DNA of 64,000 nucleotides, from NCBI GenBank assembly GCA_017309115.1, contig JAFLEF010000035.1, positions 7,843-71,842 on the forward strand. Direction: 5' to 3'. Under the pieces are notes generated by a model that saw only the letters and a program-made list of their open reading frames with translations, did no database searches and was not told the DNA's origin. The position numbers and the translations under genes were made by a program. Shown here in pieces: positions 42,801-49,860 of the stretch (position 1 is the stretch's first letter; the number at the start of each line of letters is the position of its first letter). This stretch comes from Verrucomicrobiota bacterium (lineage in GTDB: Bacteria > Verrucomicrobiota > Verrucomicrobiia > Limisphaerales > UBA9464).

Positions 42801-44916
42801 GTATTTGGGGAACACTGATGTCGGCAAAGGTCAGTCCGACACCATAGAACTGGCAATCTTGGAGAATGAAACTCGCCACAGGACGGGTATTGACTTCGGA
42901 ATAAAGACTCCGCCGATTCGCCACGTCCGCATTGGAATCGGCGCGCAGAAAACGGAGATCGATCGAGGGAGCGACGGATGCGCCGGAACTGGGCACTGCC
43001 AGAAATGATCGGGTCGGTGGGTTAGGAACTCCCAGGGGCAATTCTTGAACGATAGAGGCCCAAGCGAACCGATTGGGAGAATCGGGCCTCCCACGACTTG
43101 TCACCTTTGCACCAGATCCGAGGTTGAACAACGCATTGCCCGTTCCTGCCACGACAACACCATTGGTCAGGTAAACCGTGGCCCCAGTCACCATGGCTCC
43201 GCTGCTGAGAAAATGGATCGGCCAATAGTGGTAACCAATCCGGATCTCCGGGGAGGTCAGGGTGGGATCCGGCCCTCCCGACAGACTCAGGTCAAAACTG
43301 ACTGCGGAAGGCAACAATACGGGTGCCATGACCGTGGACTTCGCCAGTTCGGTCACCATCTCGGTATTCGGCGGTTGCAGACTGGTCGGGCGGGCATCCA
43401 ACCAACCCCGGACCGTCGGATTCATCAAGTTGAGGTAATGGGCTCCGCTTCCGGCGGTCACAAAGGGGTTGGCGGGCGGAACTCCGGAGTTCAAGAGACT
43501 CACTCCGGCGGTATTCACCACGTTGTAGATGAGTGAGTTCGCCAGACTCACCGTGGAGTAGTTGGGACTGTAGATGGATTGCTGAAGGGAACCGAGGGCA
43601 TTGAAGGTCAGGAACTCGGCGGAGACTTTGGCATAGTACAAATCGCGCCAGGCGGTGCTACCTGGGTTCGTGGAGTAGATCAGGCAATTCTGCACCTCGT
43701 AGGTGCTGCTTCCCGTGAAACCCAATTGAAATCGGAACGCTCCGTTGCAGTGCACGAACTGCCCGTGTCGAAGGGTCAGAATACTGTTGGCCGCACTAAA
43801 ATAGGTGGCTGCTACCCCCACGTCCGCATGGCGGATGCAAAGATTGGTCAGGATCAGCGGACTCGTTCGGCCAGTGCCGTCCAACTCGAGCGCCTTGGTG
43901 GCATAGGTTCCAGCGGGAGAGCCGGTCGAACTCGGTAAGGCTTCTCCCACCGAATTGTCGTCATATCCGGTCAGAACTACCGGGCGATACGGGGCTCCGA
44001 GCCACGTGATCGCCGTCCCGGCGAGGACCTTGAGGCTGGGCGAATTGGTTTTGGCGTACTTGATCACGGTGCCCGCTCGAAACGTGACACTCGAACTCAG
44101 GTTGACCAGACCGGAGACATAGTACGTGGTCAGACTGTCAAACGTCTGATTCGCCGACGAATTGACCAAGGTGTAGTCCAAGACCACGCCCGGAGCCGAA
44201 GGGCGGTTTTGCGCTACCCCGGCGCGGGGCGAGGACGTGGCGTTCATCGCCACCAGTCGACCCGCCTCCGTCCGACGCCAACTCGGGGCCACTCCGTTTC
44301 TGGAGGGAATCGAAAGCTGGGCGGTTCGCTGAACGTTCCGGATCCGTTGCCGATTCGGCGCGGTCGGCGCAGAGGCTTCGGGCAATTCCCGCAGAAGCGG
44401 CTCAAGGTCTCGATAAGCCGTTCGTTCGATGAGGAACTCCCGTCCTTCCCGTTGTTCCCAGCTCTTGCGCACGGGGACTTCCCGGGAATCCCGCTCACCC
44501 GGCAGGACAAACGCGCGGCCCCGATCCATCACCATCGGGCCAAAGGTGATTTGGGCATCCACCGCCGACTCCCGCTCTCCCACCGGCACTTCGCGAACCT
44601 CGACCGCCGTGGGTCGGCTGCCGAAGAACTCCGTGTAGACCTCGACATCCGTGGTGTCGGGGTTCATTCCATACTGCGCCGGGTCCGGCAGCGGTTCCCT
44701 CAGGATCAGGTCGCACTCGAAGCCCGCAGCCGTGTACACCGTCCGCAGATCGGCCGGAACGGAATCCAGCACGTTGGCATACAGCACGGTTCCAGGCTCA
44801 ATCTGTTCGGCACGCGACGACTGAACTTCCGCCAGTAGAACACTTTCGCCGCTGACGCGATCCGTGAAGGCCAGCAGCGCCGGCGAACTCCGCAAGGTCT
44901 GGCCGTCGGCCGGCAC
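39799..44916 (-). CDS. Giant surface protein (1705 aa as drawn): parallel beta-helix regions, TSP3-type Ca-binding Asp repeats, LamG-like domain, FN3-like domains, C25 (gingipain)-like domain
   Basis: Long ORF beginning at a GTG with no signal peptide of its own (see 44798-45307). Recognisable pieces are DSDQDGLPDVVEDSDGDGVVDAGETNWTNADTDGDGAMDGEE (TSP3-like); LRLDQGTVRLWFKPNW...WHEFTMIY (LamG-like); VIFLIGHVTIPYSG...PADCGVGRVDFARLPVF..EVDLIKRYLAKDFRYR (C25-like His and vGRl pattern, low confidence); and repeated N-rich beta-helix turns (NCLIYS, NSLIYN, RNNLFLGG, RENLFDG). Confidence 0.85.
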   Translation of the reverse strand: MPADGQTLRSSPALLAFTDRVSGESVLLAEVQSSRAEQIEPGTVLYANVLDSVPADLRTVYTAAGFECDLILREPLPDPAQYGMNPDTTDVEVYTEFFGSRPTAVEVREVPVGERESAVDAQITFGPMVMDRGRAFVLPGERDSREVPVRKSWEQREGREFLIERTAYRDLEPLLRELPEASAPTAPNRQRIRNVQRTAQLSIPSRNGVAPSWRRTEAGRLVAMNATSSPRAGVAQNRPSAPGVVLDYTLVNSSANQTFDSLTTYYVSGLVNLSSSVTFRAGTVIKYAKTNSPSLKVLAGTAITWLGAPYRPVVLTGYDDNSVGEALPSSTGSPAGTYATKALELDGTGRTSPLILTNLCIRHADVGVAATYFSAANSILTLRHGQFVHCNGAFRFQLGFTGSSTYEVQNCLIYSTNPGSTAWRDLYYAKVSAEFLTFNALGSLQQSIYSPNYSTVSLANSLIYNVVNTAGVSLLNSGVPPANPFVTAGSGAHYLNLMNPTVRGWLDARPTSLQPPNTEMVTELAKSTVMAPVLLPSAVSFDLSLSGGPDPTLTSPEIRIGYHYWPIHFLSSGAMVTGATVYLTNGVVVAGTGNALFNLGSGAKVTSRGRPDSPNRFAWASIVQELPLGVPNPPTRSFLAVPSSGASVAPSIDLRFLRADSNADVANRRSLYSEVNTRPVASFILQDCQFYGVGLTFADISVPQILNCRNCFFSRSSVNISSLTTDARTLSFRNNLFLGGSVTVGVPLSGSGWTIRENLFDGSSFSGWLSPGMTVGYNAYSDSTPWFGGSFNKVSIAAVYQSGPLGNYYYPSTGGLTTLAALRNAGSQSANAAQLFHATTLPDQTKDGLDDPTKVDIGFHYPAVTGSAWADSDQDGLPDVVEDSDGDGVVDAGETNWTNADTDGDGAMDGEEVAGSANPKDKASWIPKRLAAWWWDGAGGTWMQGDRGQQPIVLSPRPETPASGMVGNGVSVVSHPDLLNNPLRYPVSDSTGRLNLRLDQGTVRLWFKPNWSLTNNPPAWNAPLIDVGEYTNAALGWWAWFMHFDATGRFWIKFSQNGGGNFPFSTFDSELTISQWANPPNWHEFTMIYGPYKTELRRGGYYVNHGTAINSAQMPTSSGLAEGMHFGASRDGALTAKGTIDSIETFNYPLGAVESHRHQELTLSIVTNSGVRQIQFTRNYQGANPETVAAISHVLKPTTILQLKRRTLGSTTWSSPITAYTNQETWIDPDVSEGVTYEYEARFPGEFLPRHLVAGIEMPPQHQRGNVLLLVDETLAPSLTQELAQLRTNLVGDGWTVVSRYDAPRHNDLTFAANRPNLTNIVDWIASNRVAGTTNVIFLIGHVTIPYSGTYAQDNHGDHVGAWVCDAFYGYLNKAPWTDAANDGTFDLDFLPGPADCGVGRVDFARLPVFVGLTEVDLIKRYLAKDFRYRAHQIPTFGRVSVYAGSGGDNGFIAGRSFAGAAFGASRATLFSGSNLRDKVPADLGVHFSGGYDDYVWDGFTADKFTSASFADPNQEVPVTFRNVWFSYAIDWARLNSLGEFTISDNWLRASLGWPNHGLATMGGTLWDFSPLGAGAPLANLMQRGWRNEGYIDFVGRFQSILGDPTLRLHRVSPVTYLTGSRVGSSATLNWNSSLDPGCGYYIYRSIAGLGGPWILLNSSPTTSLSFIDGSAVAGAMYQVKATRLQVTGSGSYWNLSQSAFINVP

Positions 44917-45307
44917 CTGGAACCGTCAATTCCGTGGACAGCGCCACCTGATGCGGGCCGCGCGCCGCGACAAACCCATCTGGAACCGCCACAAACTCGG
45001 CCACGGTTTCCTGCAACTGGCCCTGCTCATCCCGGTAATGAAGGCCAGTCGCCACTTCGGTGTACCGGTTGGTGACCGATTGAGTCTCCCCGCTCTCGTC
45101 AGTCGTGGCGGTCACCCATTCCACCACCCGAAAATCCCCGCCCCGTTCCACCGTCACGGGAGCCGATTCGATCACCCGCGCGGGCTCCTTCGCAGGAGCA
45201 ACTCCCTGACCTTGAACCAGCAATCCCCACGGAAGGAAGAGGGTCAACAGACGGAGAAGAAGCGAAAGTCCGAATCGGGGGGGGGTAGAGCGAAATTGCA
45301 AGCCCAT
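44798..45307 (-). pseudogene. N-terminal (signal-peptide) fragment of the giant gene, separated from 39799-44916 by a 1-nt frame change
   Basis: 169-aa ORF MGLQFRSTPPRFGLSLLLRLLTLFLPWGLLVQGQG... reads sensibly up to ..HQVALSTELTVP. It then turns into Arg/Gly-rich out-of-frame sequence exactly where the other frame begins (V)PADGQTLRSSPALLAFTDRVSG. The two ORFs overlap by 119 nt. Confidence 0.6.
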
Positions 45308-45427
45308 AGTGACTTAAGGATTAAAAATCTGAACCTGAAACTAATTAATATTGGGACGGGTTTAAGGTCAATGAAAACTTCCCGTCAGGTACTTGGAAAT
45401 TGGAAACGAAACGGTGACGACGTGCTT

Positions 45428-45686
45428 TGGGCTGCGGTCGTGCCGCGCAGCGGAACTGATGCGTTTCGTTCCGGCTGCTGAGGCGCCAGTGCATCCACAA
45501 CCCTCACCCGCCATCAACGCGCCCCAAAGCGCCAGAGGGCGGGCGCAGTCCAAACGCTCCGCATTCGCTACACCGCGGGTAATCTCCAGACCTCCAGTCC
45601 TATTCACCCGAACGGCTCGGTGGAACCTCGCCCTACCGCTTCCCGCTTCCCGCTTCCCGCTTACCGCTTGCCTCTCAACTCTCAGC
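45428..45686 (+). repeat. Composite intergenic repeat: B-like (45428-45499), C (45500-45563), half A (45609-45637), D with a 5 x 7-bp array (45635-45669) and TCTCAAC TCTCAGC
   Basis: ..CGGCTGCTGAGGCGCCAGTGCATCCACA ACCCTCACCCGCCATCAACGCGCCCCAAAGCGCCAGAGGGCGGGCGCAGTCCAAACGCTCCGC ... CGAACGGCTCGGTGGAACCTCGCCCTACC GCTT CCCGCTT CCCGCTT CCCGCTT ACCGCTT GCC. The last 5 nt overlap the P450 stop codon region. Confidence 0.8.
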
Positions 45687-46902
45687 TAACTCCCCACACC
45701 ACCGGCAGTCGCGCCAGGGTGCGAAAGCGATCATGGGGAATCCACGTCAATTCGCGTTCCGGGATGGCCAGTCGCAGGCTGGGAAATCCCTGCACCAGGG
45801 CCTGCAGGGCCAATTGCCCCTCCACCCGCGCCAACGTCGCGCCCAGACAGAAATGCTCGCCGCCGCTGAAGGCCAAATGCCGGTTCGGATGTCGCGTGAT
45901 GTCGAAGCGCTCCGGATCCGGAAACGCCGCCGGATCCCGATTCACCGCCCCAATGATCACCGAAACCACGTCCCCCCGCCGAATCTGTTTCCCACCCACT
46001 TCGACGTCCGCCAGCGCCGCCAGCGGATTCGGCGCCTGCGTCGGCGGATCAAATCGCAGTCCCTCCTCCACCGCTGAGGGCACCCACTCCGGATGGCTTC
46101 GAAGCCGATCCCACTCCTCCGGATGCCGCAACAGCGCCAGCAGCGTGTTGGCCAGCAGGGCAATTCCCGGTCCGTGACCCGCCGCAAACACCGCGATGAA
46201 CAAACTGATCAGATCGTCATCACTCATCAGCCCTCCACTGGCCGCCGCCGCCTGCACGAAGCTGGAAACCAAATCATCCTGCGGATCCGCCCGACGCCGG
46301 GCGATCAATTCGCGAAAGTACTGGGTGAACTGATCTGCCGCCCGATTCGCTGCGGCGGTTGATTCCGGATCCCGGGCCACTCCCCGACCCGCCACCAGCG
46401 GGAAGATCCACTCAACGATCTGGGCCCGCTCAGACTCCGGCACGCCCAACCACATGGCCGCTACCTGCGTGGGATAGGTCCGGGCAAAATCCCCGATTAC
46501 ATCCATCTCCCCCCGCGACCGCAACGCACCCAACTGACGCTCGATGAACTCCTGAACCTGAGGTTGCAGCGCCTGCATCGACTTCGGGGTCAACACTGAC
46601 GTGATCAGCACCCGCAGCTCGTGGTGGCGCGGATTGTCCGTGAACACCAATTCGTGCCGTTGCATGCGAACGATCGGTTGGTCGCCCAAGCGCGCCTGCA
46701 CCTGATCCAAAAACGCCTGGCGACTGAATTGATCACTCTTCAACACGACCTCGGCATCGGCATACCGGGTGATCGCCCACAACTTCGCGCCGGGGCACCA
46801 GTGCACGGGATCGGTTTCGCGGACGGTGCGATAGATCGGGTAAGGATCGGGCACGCCGGGTAGCGTGGGATTGGCGTCAAACTCGGCCGTCATGGGATCC
46901 AT
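45682..46902 (-). CDS. Cytochrome P450
   Basis: 406 aa with the heme-thiolate loop FSGGEHFCLGATLARVE and ExxR in VEEGLRFDPP. The I-helix reads FAAGHGPGIALL and so lacks the usual acid-alcohol pair. Confidence 0.93.
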   Translation of the reverse strand: MDPMTAEFDANPTLPGVPDPYPIYRTVRETDPVHWCPGAKLWAITRYADAEVVLKSDQFSRQAFLDQVQARLGDQPIVRMQRHELVFTDNPRHHELRVLITSVLTPKSMQALQPQVQEFIERQLGALRSRGEMDVIGDFARTYPTQVAAMWLGVPESERAQIVEWIFPLVAGRGVARDPESTAAANRAADQFTQYFRELIARRRADPQDDLVSSFVQAAAASGGLMSDDDLISLFIAVFAAGHGPGIALLANTLLALLRHPEEWDRLRSHPEWVPSAVEEGLRFDPPTQAPNPLAALADVEVGGKQIRRGDVVSVIIGAVNRDPAAFPDPERFDITRHPNRHLAFSGGEHFCLGATLARVEGQLALQALVQGFPSLRLAIPERELTWIPHDRFRTLARLPVVWGVS

Positions 46903-46969
46903 TTAATTGGCGAACCCCTGAAGTTGGAACCGAGAACTGACGGGAATGCTGGTTCCGCATCGTTTTGGC

Positions 46970-48880
46970 TCACAAACCCGCGCGAGCCTTGGGCGAGATC
47001 AGCAGGCGCAGACTGTTGAGCACCACAATCACCGTGCTGCCCTCATGGGCCGCCACGCCGGCCCACAGCGGCAGATCGGTCACCAACAGCGTGGTCAGCG
47101 CCATGCCAGACATCGTGCCCAGCGAGATCACCAGATTCTGCCGGATGACCGTCCGGGACCGCAGGCTCAGCCGACGCGCGAAGAGAAAATTCTCCAGGCG
47201 ATCGTTCATGAGCACGACATCCGCCTGTTCCAAGGCGGCATCGGAACCCCGCGCTCCCATGGCGATGCCCACATCCGCCACCGCAATCACCGGCGCGTCG
47301 TTCACGCCGTCCCCAATCATCGCCACCCGCTTGCCTTCGTCCCGCAAGGAGCGAACCGCCTCCACCTTTTGCTCGGGCTTCAACTGGAAGCGGACCTCCC
47401 CGACCCCGACTTCGGTGGCCATTCGTTGAGCCGACGCTTCCCGGTCGCCAGTCAACATCACCGTGCGCAAACCGGCTTGATGCAGTTCGGCGATGAGGCC
47501 GCGGGATTCCGGACGCAACTGGTCGCGCAGCCAGAGCCGGCCGAGCACCCCCGGCCCGTACAGCCACGTTTCGTTGGTGCCCTCCGGCACCGGGGCCAAG
47601 CGGTGAATCAAGTCCAAGGAAACGCGGTCCCCGAGAAAAGCCCGGTTGCCGAGACCGAACTCCCCTTGAGGGCCTCGCGCCCGGATTCCCTGGCCGGCCA
47701 CGGTTTCCGAACCGGTCAGTTCCATCTCGGTGAGACCGCGCCGCCGCGCTTCCCGGGCGATGGACCGCGAAATGGGATGATTGGAGAGCCCGGCCAAACT
47801 TCCCGCCGCCGCCAAGACCTCCGCCTCCGTTCCTTCGAAGACCTCGACCTGCGCCAACTGGAGCGCCCCTTCGGTCAACGTCCCGGTCTTGTCCATCGCC
47901 ACGATGGACACCTCCGCCAGCGTCTCGACCGCCGCCCCACCGCGGAACAGCACGCCATGACGGGCGCCACAAGCAATGGCGGACAGAATGGCCGACGGCA
48001 CCGACAGCACGAGCGCACACGGCGACAGCACCACCAACAACGTCATGGCCCGATATACCGCGGCTGATTGGTCGGCCGTGCTTTGAAAGGCGGGATGACC
48101 TCGAACGAGCCAGTTGAAAAGGAACCAGCCCAGACAAGCGGCAATCACTCCGGCCGTGTAGCGCGTTCCAAACCGATCCGTGAATCGTTGGACCGGAGCC
48201 TTCTGCTGTTGCGCCTCTTGAATCAGCCGGATGATCCGTTGCAGCGCGCTGTCTCCCGCCGCCCGCAACACCCGGCCCTCCAGCACTCCCCACAAATTCA
48301 GCGTCCCAGCGAACAGCGTGTCGCCGACTCCCTTGTTAACGGACTCGGCTTCACCGGTCAGCGTGGATTCGTCGCAGGCGCTTTCTCCGCGGGTGACCGC
48401 GAGGTCCACGGGAACCTGTTCATTGGCCGTCACCCGAATCAGTTGTCCGGGCGCCAGGCTCTCCACCGTCACCTCGCGTTCCTGTCCGTTCTCCAGCAGG
48501 CGGGCGGTCTTGGGCGCTCCTTTGAGTAGGGAATTGATCTCGCGTCGGGTGCGTTCGGAGGCGAATTCCTCCATGGCGGCCGACGCCGAGAACAGCACCA
48601 ACAACAAGGCCCCTTCGCGCCAGGAACCAATGGCCGCCGCCCCAAAGGCCACCAGCAGCATCAGGAATTCGGTGTTGAACTTGAGTTCCCGGACATCCGC
48701 CCAGACATGTCGCGCCAGATCCCAGACGCCGCTGCCATAGGCGACCGCAAAGGCGATACGCGCCACTTCCGCTCGAGACCCTTCCAAGCCCCAGCCGACA
48801 CTGGTCGCCACGAAACAGACCGCCGCCCGCGCCGCCATCGGTCGCCAGTCCACCGATTCGGTGTCCGGCGTGGCGGTCAC
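46970..48880 (-). CDS. Heavy-metal translocating P-type ATPase, P1B-4-like (SPC motif, no N-terminal metal-binding domain)
   Basis: 636 aa. DKTGTLTEG phosphorylation site, TGDREASAQ, MIGDGVNDAPV hinge, TM4 VVLSPCALVLSVP, TM6 HEGSTVIVVLNSLRLL. No CxxC ferredoxin-like N-terminal domain. The GTG start overlaps the araC-family stop (GTGA). Confidence 0.92.
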   Translation of the reverse strand: MTATPDTESVDWRPMAARAAVCFVATSVGWGLEGSRAEVARIAFAVAYGSGVWDLARHVWADVRELKFNTEFLMLLVAFGAAAIGSWREGALLLVLFSASAAMEEFASERTRREINSLLKGAPKTARLLENGQEREVTVESLAPGQLIRVTANEQVPVDLAVTRGESACDESTLTGEAESVNKGVGDTLFAGTLNLWGVLEGRVLRAAGDSALQRIIRLIQEAQQQKAPVQRFTDRFGTRYTAGVIAACLGWFLFNWLVRGHPAFQSTADQSAAVYRAMTLLVVLSPCALVLSVPSAILSAIACGARHGVLFRGGAAVETLAEVSIVAMDKTGTLTEGALQLAQVEVFEGTEAEVLAAAGSLAGLSNHPISRSIAREARRRGLTEMELTGSETVAGQGIRARGPQGEFGLGNRAFLGDRVSLDLIHRLAPVPEGTNETWLYGPGVLGRLWLRDQLRPESRGLIAELHQAGLRTVMLTGDREASAQRMATEVGVGEVRFQLKPEQKVEAVRSLRDEGKRVAMIGDGVNDAPVIAVADVGIAMGARGSDAALEQADVVLMNDRLENFLFARRLSLRSRTVIRQNLVISLGTMSGMALTTLLVTDLPLWAGVAAHEGSTVIVVLNSLRLLISPKARAGL

Positions 48881-49860
48881 CGGGTACGACCCCCAGGCAG
48901 ACGACGGCGATAGTCGGTCGGCGATTCTCCCACCACTTTGCGGAACACCCGGTTGAAATGGGTCAGCGACTGGAAGCCCACCTCAAAGGCCACTTCGCTG
49001 ATGCGCGTATTCGGATTCAGCAACAGGTTCTTGGCCTTCTCAATCCGCACCCGCGAGACGTAATCCGTGAAATTCAGCCCAGTGGCCTTCTTGAACAGCT
49101 TGCAGAAATAGAAGGAGCTGGTGTTGACCGCCTTGGCCACCTGACCCAGCGACAGTTGCTCGTCCTGATGGTCGGCAATGTACTGCTTGGCGCGAACGAC
49201 TGCCGGCGGTTCGGCATTTCGTTCCTGAACCAGGATTTGATTGCCCACCACCGCCAAATGCTGAGCGAAGATGTTCACCAACCGCACCATCGCGTCGTAC
49301 TGCTCCTTGCTGAGCACCTTGGTGTGGAACCAAGCCTCCTCCATCCGGGTCAGATCCGTCTTCATGCCCCAGTCCAGGAGCTGACGGGACGTCTTGGCGA
49401 ACCGTTCGGCATCCGGGCCCGTGCCGACAAACACCTGACCGGTTTGCAAATAACCAATGAGCTGATGACCAAACCGCAACGGGATCGCCGTTTCACTAAA
49501 GCCGGCAAAGCAGGTGATCGTCCGGGGATTCGTCCCGGGATTCTCGGCCATTTTCTCCTGCATTTCGAGGCAGGCCGCGCAGGACTTGCTGGTCTTGGCA
49601 ATGAGCGCGCAGAAGGGGTTCTCGTGCGGTGCCTCCCGCAGGCCCGGCTGCCACGTCTCGACGGGCCGCAGCGACAGGGGCATTCCCGTCGCTTCGCTGA
49701 ACGCCTTCTGGTAGTCGCCAAAAATGCGCGACTTCGAAAGCTCCTCCAGCAGTTGCTTATTTTCGGCTCCGTTCACTCGCCAACCTTTAGGGATTTGAGC
49801 CCGCTTCTGCAAGCTCACTGGCAGCTGCTGATTCGGCCGCTCGTTCGTCATCTCCACCAT
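48877..49860 (-). CDS. AraC-family transcriptional regulator with N-terminal PocR-type sensor domain
   Basis: The C-terminal HTH region is [83 protein letters not shown]. The N-terminal region has the Cys-rich ..[22 protein letters not shown].. typical of PocR. The annotated start overlaps the RND gene by 74 nt; an alternative is GTG 49776. Confidence 0.85.
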   Translation of the reverse strand: MVEMTNERPNQQLPVSLQKRAQIPKGWRVNGAENKQLLEELSKSRIFGDYQKAFSEATGMPLSLRPVETWQPGLREAPHENPFCALIAKTSKSCAACLEMQEKMAENPGTNPRTITCFAGFSETAIPLRFGHQLIGYLQTGQVFVGTGPDAERFAKTSRQLLDWGMKTDLTRMEEAWFHTKVLSKEQYDAMVRLVNIFAQHLAVVGNQILVQERNAEPPAVVRAKQYIADHQDEQLSLGQVAKAVNTSSFYFCKLFKKATGLNFTDYVSRVRIEKAKNLLLNPNTRISEVAFEVGFQSLTHFNRVFRKVVGESPTDYRRRLPGGRTR

